Source: Octopus sinensis
Taxonomy: Eukaryota
Reading direction: 5' to 3'
Length of the DNA: 64,000 nt
Assembly: GCF_006345805.1 (NCBI RefSeq)
Contig: NC_043017.1
Location: forward strand, 23,994,001 to 24,058,000
Shown: positions 12,109 to 25,629 of the stretch, in pieces
Numbering within the stretch: the stretch's first letter is position 1
Layout of the letters: every line of letters begins with the position of its first letter
Program-made: the position numbers and the translations under genes
The notes under the pieces: generated by a model
What the model was told of the DNA's origin: nothing
The model's input: the letters and a program-made list of their open reading frames with translations, nothing else
Databases searched by the model: none

Positions 12109-12661
12109 GCATGCATGTATGTATGTATGTATGTATGTATGTATGTATGTATGTAGGAATACAGTAAAAGCCGCTTTATAAAAGTTGAGTAGCTGTTAAG
12201 GTAGAGTGGGTTATATTTCTTCACTAAAAAGGAAAGCCAGTCTTTATCTTTGATGTATGTATTAGGCATTTTAAGTTATTTTTCCTTTGAAGAATTCAAA
12301 CCGGTCACTAACAAAGTGACGAAGATCTTTTGTTTAAGTCAAGACACTTCTTCGGGTTTGTAGGTATTTGAATTGGTGTATGTAAGTATGCTTGAACTCA
12401 GTGGATATACATGTTACTTGGGTACATAAGTGTGTCTGTTTGCTTCGTTACTGCTTGTATGTGTATGGATTTAATATGCATATGTGACTGTGTGCATGTT
12501 GTTTAGCTCAGGAACCTCGGATGAAGATTCTTTGGAATGTTTTGCAAATTTTCACAGTACCACTAATCCATTGTGTTTGGACAATGAGAATACGTTTAGT
12601 TTGTCTTTCTTTGGCGAACTCCAGCATTTGTGGGCTTTTAAGCAAATCTGTTGTTATATAG

Positions 12662-12862
12662 CAGTGCTTTTCAAACGTTTTGCTGGAGTGGAACCCCAAG
12701 GAAACATTCCACTGGCTCGAGGAACCCCTGTGCAATAATTTAATAGTCTTATGCACACATATCTGCACAGGAGAATTAAAAATTACTGCCGATTTTAGCA
12801 GTTTTGTAACTTCTTGCGGAACCCCTGGACTGTACTGGCGGAACCCTGGTTGAAAACCACTG
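12662..12862. mobile_element. hAT (Charlie-like) MITE
   Basis: TIR CAGTGCTTTTCAA / TTGAAAACCACTG. Perfect 8-bp TSD TTATATAG at 12654-12661 and 12863-12870, fitting the nTnTAnAn target pattern. Confidence 0.9.
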
Positions 12863-13065
12863 TTATATAGCCTAGTGCACCTATGATAATATGTACAAAT
12901 GAAAATCTATAACTTAGATCCAACAGTTTCAAATTTCTCATGTATGTAGTGCGCATACAGTGAAAGCCGCTTATTGTGGTCGCTTTTGGACAAAGCTCTT
13001 TCGATAACAATAATCAGCAGATAATAAGCGATTGAAACATTATTCGTAATTATAATGAAATAAGC

Positions 13066-13108
<43 letters not shown>

Positions 13109-13250
13109 TATATATGTCGTATGTATGTTTACTCTCGTGGAAGTTGCGCTGTGATGTAAAGCAAGATAGTTCATTAGTGACTCAGTCTACCCAACTAGTG
13201 CTAGAATTATACGTATCTATCTGCGTGTTTTACCAGTTTATAGCTGCAAC

Positions 13251-13251
<1 letters not shown>

Positions 13252-13328
<77 letters not shown>

Positions 13329-13349
13329 GACAGAGAGACAGACAGACTG
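13252..13349. repeat. Compound microsatellite (TG)n(AG)n(ACAG)n
   Basis: Read directly from the sequence. Confidence 0.95.
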
Positions 13350-15649
13350 ATCGTAAAGTTGAATAATGACACTTAAGTAATAGTAACAAAACGATGAATG
13401 CGTGTTTGTTCGCCACTCATCTGTACGTGTATATGTGCAAGCATCAATTTTACTGTGCACACAGACCTTGTGCTTATGACAAATTTAAGCATAGACGCGC
13501 GTCGGTTATTTCGAAGACAAAACACAAAATGCAAGCAGAGGGATTAATCAGTATAAATCGCCGGTAGAAAATAACAGCGTGTTTTCATAATAAAGTATTT
13601 ATTTTCTCGTTCGTGAGTCGAAACATCTTAATGGGTTGCCCCGAACAGTTCAAGTTTGCCATGAAATATATAACATACTGTAATTTAGGGGTGAAAAAAA
13701 AATATAGAAAATTAGCTGTCAGGATTAAAATAAAATTTTAATCGTGGCTGCTATTCTTAAGGCGCGATGAAATTTGAAAACTATGGGTGGGGGGATCTTT
13801 TTAAATACGAATTCCTAGTGTTTTGGCAAGTGGGATATTACAAAATGATTTTAAAAAATAGCGAAAAAAATATAATGAAATAAAATTTCGTGATAGCTAT
13901 TCTGAAAGTCCGCCAAAGTAACATTGAGAAAAGGCTTTAAATATGTCGGGCCGAGAGTAATCTCAACTTAAATCCTATCAGAAATGGGTAGTCGCCGTAT
14001 CAAAATATAAGCAAATAGTTATTTTGAGAAAAATTGGATATAAAATATACAGGATGGAAGGGAAGTAACTCTTAGATTAGTGTTTTACTCTATTACATTT
14101 TTACCTATCTCTAACTTGATCTTTCAATCGATTTTCCTTTATACCTATCAACACTGCTCTTTCTGTTATTTTATATCCATACCCTTTTGCCTAATTTTAT
14201 TATGTATTTCATTAAAGAAGTGACTGATGGTAAAACATTAAATTATTTGTGATTCAGTTCAGAAGATGGCAATCATAAGGTGCCTGTAGTGAGGAAGAAT
14301 AATCGTGGGATTATAACTACATCCACTTGGCTAGCATTGGACCAAACAAAGCTAAGACAGCAGTGATTTGTTTAGTGGAGGGGGGTGCAGGAAATACTTC
14401 ATCAAAGGCATTGCAGATCAAAGGGTAGGGAGGAAAAAATTCTTCAGTTGCAACTCGGATTGGTATGGTGGCTGTATTGAAAACGGGATGGAGGTGTTCT
14501 ACTGTGTGAGTCAAAAGAACCCCGAAATTTTCTGATAGTTTCAATACTACTTAGAACCCGCTGGAGGGAGTAAAACTGTTAGTGATACTGCCGAAATCGT
14601 TGAGGTCACCACTCGACAGCTGTTCCTTGGGGTGCGACGATCACCTAGAGCGTGACTATCCAGCGTGGGCCGACCCGTAAGCTCACGGGTCTGTTTCCGT
14701 TAACTTAGTATAATATCAATCAATTAATTTTTATCGATAGTATTCTTCATCCAACGAGGATACTGCTACATGGTTATTCCACCTGCTAGAAACAATACAT
14801 TTTCAAATCACACCTTACCCTATCGTCATAAAAAAGAAAAGACACTGAGTAATACAGTGTTGGTCAATAAAAAAAAATGCGGTAAGATCGTGGCTGGAGC
14901 GCTTTGATCTGCTCTAGCAAAACAAACGAAACAACGACAGGCTTTTTTTTATAATTAGCTTCGTCAGTGTGGAAAAGGCAGCGCGCCCACTTGCGACTAT
15001 CAAGATATGTTGTTGTCTATCAACTAACTCTCCAGGTAGTCGATGATCGTCAGAAGAATTGTGTTATATCCGTAGCAAGCAAACTAATCAAGCACTTAAC
15101 AAGCTTGTTGCATATAAGCACAGAAGCATTCGCAGTCGTGAGCATCAGTATTGTAAAATTTCATAGTTTATGAATAACTTTGGTGAAGAAAAGTAGCCAA
15201 CTTAACCATCTAAAAACAAACGAACAGTCTATGCAAAACTATCCTTTATTATTTTCTGGAATCAGATGTGGATGGCAGAAGTAGTAATTAGACAAAGTAA
15301 TTAATTAACAGTCCCTCTAAATTCTGAGTTCAAGGCCCACAACAATCAACTTCACTTTTTATTTTTCTCGGACTGTTAAAGCAAATAAAAGCAATGGTAT
15401 TGGATCGATTAAATCAACCTCTCTGAAAAAGTCTCCACACACTGTGTGTCAGTTCCTTAGCCTGTAGTATTCAAGCTTTATTGAATACCTACTGAAGTCG
15501 TGTAATACAGACAGGGAAATTGTTTTTAAAGGGAAAATCAGGCAACACCTTTACAAGGATTTGAACTCGATAGTGCAAGCTAGCGAAACATGTGTCTATT
15601 AAACGTTACATCTGTTTGCGGTGGTCAGTTTTTTCCTGTCAACGCTATT

Positions 15650-16310
15650 ACAGTTAAGTAGATGAGGAAGCATTGCAAGTGTCCGAACTATCCATTAATC
15701 GATCATATCCACCCAGCCAACTCACTGCAAAAATTATGTTTCAGAGAGCGTTCTTCGTCCATTCTGTCAATGCGATCAGGCCAGTTACAGTCGAGCCCCG
15801 TACAGCAGAGTGTGTGCATATGACATCGAAGTTCTTGGTCTTTGGGAACTTGTTTTTCAGCATCAATCCAAAGATATAAGATAACCTTGCTATTGAGAGA
15901 TCTACCAAGTACAACCTCACCAGGAAAGATATCATAACAAATGAGTAAAAGTGGGAGCCATGCACTAGTATAGCTAGAGTATGTGCCACCCGGGGCGGCC
16001 CTTCCGTTTGCCGCCCCCTGACCCCACAAAAAACATATATTGCCTACAACAGGTTGAAAAATACCACCCCTTTAAAAGTGCCGCCTCTACCGCCCGCCCC
16101 ACCCCCTAGCTACGCTAATGGAGTCATGGAAGTCCAAAGCTGTCAGCGCACTGGCGTAGAGTTCCGACTGTCCAATGTTTTGTGTCTCTATTTGACTTGT
16201 CAGCCACTCCCAGAAATACTGGATGTCTTAGAACTGTTGAGTGATATCATTGTCATCAAACTATGGATGGACGAACAGGACAGGATAGGAAATGAAGGGA
16301 CATTTTAAGG
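15650..16310 (-). pseudogene. RTE-type LINE RT C-terminal remnant, interrupted by a MITE
   Basis: Minus-strand LWIDAEKQVP..CNWPDRIDRMDEERSLKHNFCSELAG resembles RTE W.GH..RM.D.R.PK..FY.EL. Upstream ELYASALTALDF resembles VY.A.VL..LLYG. Confidence 0.6.
15963..16120. mobile_element. hAT MITE nested in the RTE remnant
   Basis: TIR CACTAGTATAGCTAG / CTAGCTACGCTAATG (12/15). 8-bp TSD GAGCCATG / GAGTCATG. Confidence 0.75.
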
Positions 16311-18218
16311 TTGCGATCGCCGTTGATAACGTACATTCGACCAGCCGTCTGACAGCTCATTGACTCGGATAGCTGTAAACTTCAACAGATAGAAAAAAAT
16401 AAACATTTAAAATTTTATTGAATTCCATTTTTCGTATTATTACGAGAGTTTAACTGACTCTACATAAATTGCTTAATCTCTTCGCATGAGTTAAACAATA
16501 GATATGCTTACATACAGATTAGCAGCTTGATTTCCAAATATCTCTATCTCTCTGTTTCAAATATGCAAAACACCAAACTTAAAATTTCCCCTAATTTCCA
16601 CATTTTTCATCAAAATTTAAACTGGAAATATTTCAAAATGCCCTTTTCATAAAGTGTGTGTTGTAGCAGAACAAATTGTTAGTATTTTGGTATTCAAGCT
16701 GAACGTGAATGATTCTTATTTCGTTAGTAATATTGAGACGTACATCTACCAAAATAAATTAGCTCTCCACAGTCCAGATCATCTGTCTGAGGTAAGTTTT
16801 CAAGAAGTGATATAAGAAGCAGATGAAGCATTGTATACTTGATGAAAGTGTGGCTATTTTTTTTCTTCTTTTTCAGTAATGACTTATAAAAATTACTAGA
16901 ATATAACATAGAGAAGGAGGGGTTCTGAGTAAGAAATATTTGACGAAAATTTAATATTTAATAATGAACCAACAAGCCAATGAGCATTTTCCTGTTTTGT
17001 ATTCACACACACACATACATATTTATTTTTGCCTAGATTTCATATTTGACTGAACCAAGGAAACAAAAGCAAATGATTGTTATGACTTTGTCAATGATAT
17101 CAGCAACGTAAGTAAAATAAAATTATTTCAAATCGGACTTCTCTCATGACTAAGTGAATATATTTCCAACTTCTTTCAAATGTTCCGCATTTACTTGATG
17201 CGATTTATTTCAGGTCCATTCTTTCCATTTGCTTAATTGACATAAACATAAATCGTAACACCGATTGTCTTTTGAATCGTTGTGCACTCGGTGACTAAAT
17301 GGTTCACTTGGTTGATGTAAGATTGTATTACTTAGGTGTGTGTGTGTGTGTGTGTGTGTGCATTCATGTTTCTTGATTAAATACTTTACGTGTAAAGATA
17401 TACTTTTATTGTCTATATCTTATAAGACTGCTTGTAACAGAATTTAATACTGTTAACAACTATGTGCCGTATAAGCATTTTTTTCTTTTAGCATGTAATA
17501 CTTATCTTTAATAAAACCCTGCTTACATATTATACTGTTGTGTCAATTGTATTGTTTTCTATAACATTGTGATTTATTCCATTATTGTATGAACTGAAAT
17601 CCTGTCATCTTTTGCCTTTTATCCTTCCAGGTGCAATAAAATAATTACTAGTCATCGATCTGATCAACAATCCACTTACCATCACCAACAAATGAGTTAC
17701 TTTGTGGGTATGTAAGAAAATTTTATATGCACTAAATAAGAGATCCATTTGGAGATGTCGCAGCATCTCAATGAAAGATAAATACAACAGTAACGTCTAA
17801 ATGTAATGACATATCAGGCGTGTTTGATAGGATTGTACTTGTTTTCATTGCAACTAATTTTACTGACCTATCTACCAGGTTGCTCGTTAAAGTGCTGCAA
17901 GTGAATTTGTGTTGCACACCCAACGTAAAACGTTGACTCAAGAACTAGGATGCCATAAAATTGAAAGCCACTTTAACATTTAACCTTTACTTCTTTAAAC
18001 TGCCAAAAGGGCGATGAATCGCTGAAGGGCATATTCTTCACTCTGCTGCTCTGTTAAGTATATACCTTCAACGGATATATATATTAGTCTGATATAGTCA
18101 CTACCTCTGAAATCGATTTCGAGATCAATAAAAAGAAAATCTACTAAATGACCAGAAATAACACCAACGGCTGGCTAAGCTGGTGTTTGCTTGCTAAGCT
18201 CGTTTATTATCATTATTA

Positions 18219-18257
<39 letters not shown>

Positions 18258-18688
18258 GCCTGAGGATCTAACTTTAAGCTCATGATATTCTGATACTTGC
18301 GGCAAACTCGACAGGGATGTTGGAGTCGACCATTGAGGTCGACTTGCCTTTCCATCACTGGGGTTAGAGGTTAATAAAATAATTATACTGTCAGTATATA
18401 ACATAGAGCGACTCAATTAGGAAGGGGAATAAAAAGCCTTTGTTAATTAGTAGTTGTTACAACTGGACATAATAACAAGGAAGTTTGAATTTAATGTAAC
18501 CATGATGCAATTCCAAAATAATAATTTGAAGAGACTAGAACTCGTCTGGAAATAACATCCAGTGCTACTCTCGAATAATTACTTAAATCAGCAAATATAT
18601 TTCTAAATGAGAGAGTGAGAGTTAGAGAAGAATAACAAAAGCACATTCAGTACAGTTTATTACAAACAATACAACTTTATGATGGAGT

Positions 18689-18860
18689 CAGGCCCGTCGC
18701 CTGACTTCGGTGCCCGGGGATGCTTCAAAATATTCTGGGTAGGTACTAATTTGCATTGTGGGAAGATTTTTGTAAACTGTATTTTCTAAATCTGAGGGTG
18801 CACCTTTGAATAGTGAGGGGGCAGTGCCGTCCTCTGTCCCCACCCCTGGCGTTGGGCATG
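18689..18860. mobile_element. hAT MITE
   Basis: TIR CAGGCCCGTCGCC / GGCGTTGGGCATG (10/13). Perfect 8-bp TSD GATGGAGT at 18681-18688 and 18861-18868. Confidence 0.85.
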
Positions 18861-19944
18861 GATGGAGTTTCGGATTAGGAAAACCATACCTCATAGGAAA
18901 TGAGAAAGTTACAGAATTCTAGTGGAGGTGGGGGGGGGGGGTATTGTAAAAGAATTGAAATTATGCAAAAAATTCAGAATCGTAATTTCCGTTGTTTGAA
19001 ACACAAAATTAATAAAATAAATAGATAAGTAAAACTAAGGAAAATATTTCCCAATATGTTTGGTGTACATAATCCGAATCACCGTTAAGTTTTTCCCTTA
19101 AGATTACAAACAAGCAAAATACGTTAGCTACAGCTTTACAATAGGAAACAGTCGCATCCACGACCATGGCAAGCTAATTTGCATTTTTAACAGGAAATGA
19201 CTTAAGAGGAATTATAATATGAATTTTATCAGTGAGCCTTGACAATGAATGAGGAATACTCAGAATGGGAACTACATGGATAATTTCTCCACAGTGTCAA
19301 TAGTATACAGAAAAATAAAATCAATGAACTTGAAAAACTTCACAGGAAAATTTTATAAGCTCATTATAGTCACGTTTTAATCTGTATCTTAAAGAGGTAC
19401 TTCATTAATTAATTTGTAATACATACATAATACTTGCAAAACTTGTAATACAAAGTTTTGTAATACCAAATTTTTCGATACATTGATCGAGCAATCAATC
19501 GGTGGATCGTGATAAATATAGCATATCAATGTCTAGCAAACGCAGAAGCAAAGTCCAAGTACTCGCAATGAAGTCAACCTAGTAATTCTAGAAATCAGAA
19601 GCCAAATATCTTAATGATCAATCCATCATTTATTCATACATCTGTCAAGTCTGCATTTTTTAAAAAAATATATAAGCAAATTAAAGTCTAATGCTTTCTT
19701 TTAAAGAAAAATTATAACCTAGAAACTGCACAAACCCTCCGAATATCAGCAGACGTGTTGCTGCCCTAATTTCTATATCTAAAATAACTTTATCTTCGTA
19801 AAAGTAGGGCTTTTCCATTAGCATTATCGTATAAAAGCTAATTCAGTTCATTTTTAAGATGAATTAATTCAAATTTATTTTACCATTTTAGCAGATCATG
19901 AATCATCTATTACCCAGAATCCAGTATTATTTTCCTAAATTAAT

Positions 19945-21960
19945 GTAAAATAATAATAATAATAATAATGAAATCAATGTGTATAGAATTATGTACAAAA
20001 GTCAGGAAAGTGAACAGTGTATGAGTCATGATATACGTGTGTGCATGCGTATGGAAGGTGGGGGAGGGAGCATCAAGTGTAGTGTTGACGAATTTCAGGA
20101 AGCATGGAGGCTTTAAAGGATGCAATGTCTCAGCAACTAACAACTGATTCAAGTAATTTGTTCCATGCTTCAGCAACTCTGAGTATGAAAAAATGTTTCC
20201 GAAAGTCATGGGAGTTGTGCTGTTTTCTGACTTTGTAGGCATGTCCACGTGTGTTAGACACATGGAGCTGAAAAAGGTGCTCATGGTGGTTGTTGACACG
20301 ATGGTTAATAATTTTGTGGGTCAGTTGCCAGACGTCGGAGCTTCAATGTATCTATGCCCAAGGAATCAAAATGTTCAGAGTATGATAGATGCCTCATGGA
20401 GGGCATTCGCTTGGTTACATGTCTCTGAACAGTTCCCGGGAAGTCAATGTCCTGTGCAAGATAGGGGTTCCAGACTGTTGATGCAAATTCCAAGTGTGGC
20501 TGTACCATAGTCATATACAGCCTTAAATAGATAACTGGAGAGTGGCTGACAAAGTTCTTTCTGAGTAATGCCAAGACACCCTCGGCCTTCTTGACAATTT
20601 TAGAGATGTGCTTTCTCCAGCGCAAATCGCTGCTGACAGTAATGCTCATATCATGTTCACAAAAATACTTCTTTAATATTAGTGTTAGTGTTGTGGAGAG
20701 AATATGTGGACGCTAGGTTTTTCCTTCCAAAATGCATTGTGATAAACTTGTCCACAGCCAGCCTAAGTTGCCAGTCTGTGATCCATTATTGTATTGTGTC
20801 CATGTCCGATTGCAGGAAAGATCTATAGTGTTCAGGATCTGTCCTTTTTTATCTCAAGATACAGCTTGATGTCATCTGCATATTTTAGCACTGTGGCAAT
20901 CTTTGAGTTGACATCTATGCCATTAATGTATGCAACAAACAAATGGGGACCAAGAACTGATCCCTGCGGTACACCAGATGACATCTCACAGGATGAAGAA
21001 TGCTGTCCTAGTACCATGACTACCTATTTTCGGCTGAGAATGAAGGACTCCAACCAGTTAAAAAGATCATCTTTCACACTCACTGCAGAGAGTTTTGCCA
21101 TAAGTCTTTTGTGTAGCACAGAATTAAAAGTTTTAGCAAAGTCAAGGTAAACAATATCCACCCATAAGCCGCCATCAGTGTCCCGGGTAATGTCTTCAAG
21201 AAACTCGACAAGTTGATCACAGCAGCTAGAGTTAGGGATAAATCCAAAGTGCGAAGGCCGGATAAGGTTGTGAGAATTCCAGAAATTTCGGCGTCTTCCT
21301 CTTACACAGGATTCCATCAGTTTGGCAATGCATCTAGTAAGACTGACTGGACGACAGTTAAGACAGAACTGAAAGAAAAATGAAGGCTGGTGCAGAAGAA
21401 CGTACCCACCACGTTTGAGAAGCAGGTACGTAACACCCTCAAAACCAGGAGAAGCATAGTTGCGCTTATTCTTAAGATGATGTCGCAGCATTGCAGGTGT
21501 AAATTTCATGGAATTTATGGAATTTGGTGTCAGAGGTGGTGGAGATGTACGTTTTAGTTTTCGACAGTGAAAATGCCTGCATAGCTTTCAGCAATGAGTT
21601 CTGCGCATTTTAGGGGATCATCAGTAATCTGGTTTGTGTGGGGATTGCGAAGAGAACCAACTGGAGAGTGAGGTTTCTGCTTTGAACGCACATATTTCTA
21701 GAACACCTCACTGTCAGGGTTGGTTGCTATGACTGCTCAAATTCAAGTACTGCCCTCTTTTGTCACCTTGCTTGAGATGGTTGAATGATTTATTGCACTT
21801 TTTCCTGTTTATATCTGATTTATGCAGTTTGTATTCCCGTTCAGCATTACGACGTTCTTTCCTGGCAAGTCTGACTGCTGCAGTCTCCCAAATTGCACTT
21901 TTGAGATGTCCATATTGAGTTCAGGATGTTCTGAATTATTATGTTCACATCTCCAGAGTC
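19945..21960 (-). pseudogene. 5'-truncated CR1-clade LINE (RT domain, 3' UTR and (ATT)n tail)
   Basis: NCRPVSLT, DIVYLDFAKTFNSVLH, SGVPQGSVLGPHLF, YADDIKLY, VQPHLEFASTVWNPY and NTRGHAYKV..FFILRVAEAWNKL. Coding ends near 20074. Frameshifts and stops are present. Confidence 0.92.
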
Positions 21961-22065
21961 GTAAAATTCCAGCACTAGCGCAATGAAATCATTTGCACTT
22001 TACGGCCAACAAAAACTTTTTGACAAGACTCGCTTTAATCAATATCATTTAATATTTTTTCCACC

Positions 22066-22281
22066 AACAAAGCGGCAGAATTGTTAACGCACCAGGTAAA
22101 ATGCTTGGCAGCATTTCGACCGTCTTTACGTTCTAAGTTTAAATTCCACCGAGGTCGACTTTGCTCTTCATCCTTTCGGTGTCGATAAAATAAGTACCAG
22201 TTGAGCACTAGGATCGATGTAATCGATTTACCTTGTCCCCCGAAATTGCTGGCCTTATGCCAAAACTTGAAACCAATATTT
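22066..22281 (+). mobile_element. SINE family A (tail type 2)
   Basis: Family A head and core; tail AAATTGCTGGCCTTATGCCAAAACTTGAAACCAATATT. Confidence 0.85.
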
Positions 22282-22555
22282 ATTCCATAATCCCACCCCA
22301 CAAAACAAAATTACTTTCAACACTTGATTGAATTTAAAATCTTTTTTCATCCTTTTTGTGCTTTCTATGCTTTACCCTGCTGCACGTTGTCAGACATTTC
22401 TGCACAGTATTTACCTTGACCGAACAAACAAATACACACATCCGAACATATATAACACACAAAACCACTTCATTGAGCCTAATATGCACAGTTTAAGAAT
22501 AACTGGACCTATGACATAGATGAACTCCGTTGGGGCTTTTGCTAATAATGATTTC

Positions 22556-22785
22556 TAATTCTGGTACAAGGCCAGCAATTTCGAGGAAGGGAGTAAGACG
22601 ATTACATTGACCCCAGTGTTCAAATGGTGGTTATTTCATCGACCCAACTGTTCAAATGGTGACCCCCAAAAAGATGAATGGCAAAGATGACCTCGGTGGA
22701 ATTTGAACTCAGAACGTAACGGCAGACGAAATGCCGCTAAGCATTTTGCCAGGCATGCTAACGTTTCTGCCAGCTAGTCGCCTTA
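22556..22785 (-). mobile_element. SINE family A (tail type 2), inverted relative to its neighbours
   Basis: Reverse-complement homology to family A, with a small internal duplication of GACCC..TGTTCAAATGGTG. Confidence 0.85.
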
Positions 22786-22908
22786 CCTCTTGCTAGTAGT
22801 AAAAGAGAATGAATGAACTGTATATTCTTTGGGAGATACAAATTCGCCACTTAAATGTATATTAAAGTATATCAACATAGAGATAATATTTTATCGATAT
22901 TTTATCGA

Positions 22909-23320
22909 AAGGCGGCGAGCTGGCAGAAAGGCTAGCACGCTGGGTGAAATGCTTATTGGTATTTCGTCTGCCGTTACGTTCTGAATTCAAATTCCGCCGA
23001 GGTTGACTTTGCCTTTCATCCTTTCGGGATCGGTTAAATAAGTACCAGTTACACACTGGAGTCGATATAATCAACTTAATTCGTTTGTCTGTCCTTGTTT
23101 GTCCTCTCTGTGTTTAGCCCCTTGTGGGTAGTAAAGAAATAGAAATAGGTATTTCTTCTGCCGTTACGTTCTGAGTTCAAATTCCGCCGAGGTCAACTTT
23201 GCCTTTTATCCTTTCGGAGTCGATCAAATAAGTACCAGTTATGCACTGGAGTCGATGTAATTGACTTAATCCCTTTGTCTGTCCCCTCTATGTTTAGCCC
23301 CTTGAGTGCAATAAAGACAA
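22909..23320 (+). mobile_element. Head-to-tail SINE family A dimer (full unit plus a unit lacking the A-box)
   Basis: The second unit starts at GGTATTTCTTCTGCCGTTACG (~23148). ATATTTTATCGA flanks the whole dimer at 22897-22908 and 23321-23332. Confidence 0.8.
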
Positions 23321-23336
23321 ATATTTTATCGATATT

Positions 23337-23516
23337 AAAGCAACGAGAAGGCAGAATCGTTTTAAGTTCTGAGTTCAAATTCCACCAAGGTCAACTTTGC
23401 CTTTCAACCTTTTGGGACCGATAAAATAAGTACCAGTTGAGCACTGGAGTCGATGTAATCGACATACGCCCTCACCTGAATCTGATGGCCTTGTACCAAA
23501 ATTTGAAACCAATATT
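23337..23516 (+). mobile_element. SINE family A (tail type 2, internally deleted)
   Basis: Partial head, B-box, core hairpins and tail type 2. Confidence 0.8.
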
Positions 23517-24556
23517 TTACCCATATTAGAGAAATAAACTGTAAAGTCGTTCCTTGGAAGTTTTTGATATGAAAAGAAGCAAAAATGTGGAAATGTTATA
23601 ATGGATATAGTTTCTTCTTATGATTATTCTGCAGATGGTGAATAGCAGATTGCCGAACAGTCACACCCGAGAATACTTAGTTACATCCCTTTAAGTTCTG
23701 AGTTTAAAATTCCACCTAGGAATTCTTTTGTGGTCAATAAAACAAATACTGGTCAATATCCTATCAGTCTAAAATGAGTGTCTCCAGTTTCTTAGTTAAA
23801 TAACACACTGTGGTGATTTGGATCGTAAGTTCTCAAGTTTATATATGATGAGAAATAAGTTATACAACGTCTCTTTTCTTGAAGGAGTATAGGCTCAGTT
23901 GGTTCATCATTTCAAGACCAAGGAAACACAGGAGAGGCACGTAACTATCTAAGAGTCCCTTCTAAATAATGAAAGTATTCTTTAAAAAAACTCGCACTCC
24001 CATGAATTTTGACTCGGAACATGAAAGCAGATTTATTCCTCCTCGCTAATTTTCTTTCGGAGGCCCTGAAAGACATTTGGGAGTCAGTTAAGTAAAATTG
24101 GCTACTACAATAATGAATCGAAACTGTGTCGGATTAATATCGATCAAAAATTTTTTAACTCAATAAAAAACGTTTTTTTTTTTAAAAAAGAGAGCAACAA
24201 AGAAAAGAAGGAAAAAATGGTGAACATCACTTCTATTGGAAAATTCACTAATGACGGAAGTGAAGGAATTGAAATCAGAACAGATGTGAAACTAAAACAC
24301 AAAGAATGCCTTTTTTTTTTTTTCATTAATCCATTAAATCCCAGGTTTATAGGAATAAAGGGAAAGTCGTAGAGTTCATGTTTTTTCCTTCAGTACATAA
24401 GATTAACAGCTTTTTTTTTCCTTTTTCAAGAAACAACAACGAATACAATAACTAGATAAGTTCTATTATTTACAAACATATGGATAAAAATCAATCAAAC
24501 CTAACACTGGCATTCATACATCTACACTTGCAATATAAGCTTACGAATTACATATA

Positions 24557-24693
<137 letters not shown>

Positions 24694-25104
24694 CATAATG
24701 TGAGTGTGTTTATGATTTATTGATTTATTTTAAAGAGATTGTTTTTGTTTTCTATCCTGTCTTTCTTCCACTGCTGTTTATTTATAAAATGTAATACAAT
24801 AAACTGATCAGGCGGTGAACGGGATCAACAGGGTGAGTAGAGAAGAGGATAATTGGGAAGATGAAAGAAAACTGCTTAAAATAGAGAGGACAGTGAAAAA
24901 ATACAAAAGGACACAGTGCAGAGGATTGGTTTGAAAAAAAAAAAAAAAGAAAAAACAGAAAATAAAAATTCAATCAGACACACGTAGACTATGTTTACAT
25001 GAGACGCATATATTTCAGATTCGTGAATTTATGAGAAAATGTAAAAGAGTTTGTGTAGGTTCATGCAAAATGTTTTGAGTAGAACTAGAAATGAATGTAC
25101 ATCT

Positions 25105-25168
25105 AATATATATATATGTATATGTGTGTGTACGTGCGCGCGCGTGTCAGCATATATAATACATATGC

Positions 25169-25206
<38 letters not shown>

Positions 25207-25217
25207 AATGTGTGTGT

Positions 25218-25277
<60 letters not shown>

Positions 25278-25288
25278 AATGTGTGTGT

Positions 25289-25341
<53 letters not shown>

Positions 25342-25480
25342 GTGTGTATATATATTATATATATGTGTGTATGTATATACATACATACATATATACATAC
25401 ATATATATATATATTCGGATATGTATACATATAAATTTATGTGTGTGCATGCATAACACTCATACGCACACGCACACAAA
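25105..25480. repeat. Compound TA/TG/CA microsatellite with a duplicated (GT)n-AATGTGTGTGTACACAC-(AT)n module
   Basis: Read directly from the sequence; it produces the poly-YI/CV ORFs in the track. Confidence 0.95.
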
Positions 25481-25629
25481 TTGATATTGCTGTCATGTTT
25501 CAAGCCCAGTAATTAAGCAAAATGAAAACAAATAGAAAAGATAAAAACATAAAACTTTGTATGCTTAAGATATTATTAAATAAATCCACCACGACCACCA
25601 CCAGGAGTTCATAATCAATTGTATATAGA

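Noticed and set aside
14317-14544. 75-aa minus-strand ORF that looks protein-like
   Set aside because: No family motif and no clear splice sites. It may be a decayed LINE 3' end, but I cannot support that.
17672-17787. Minus-strand GAT G|GTAAGT donor resembling the end of erg exon 2
   Set aside because: The preceding frame (LTYPQSNSFVGDG) does not resemble the PAS sequence EIAFYRKDG.
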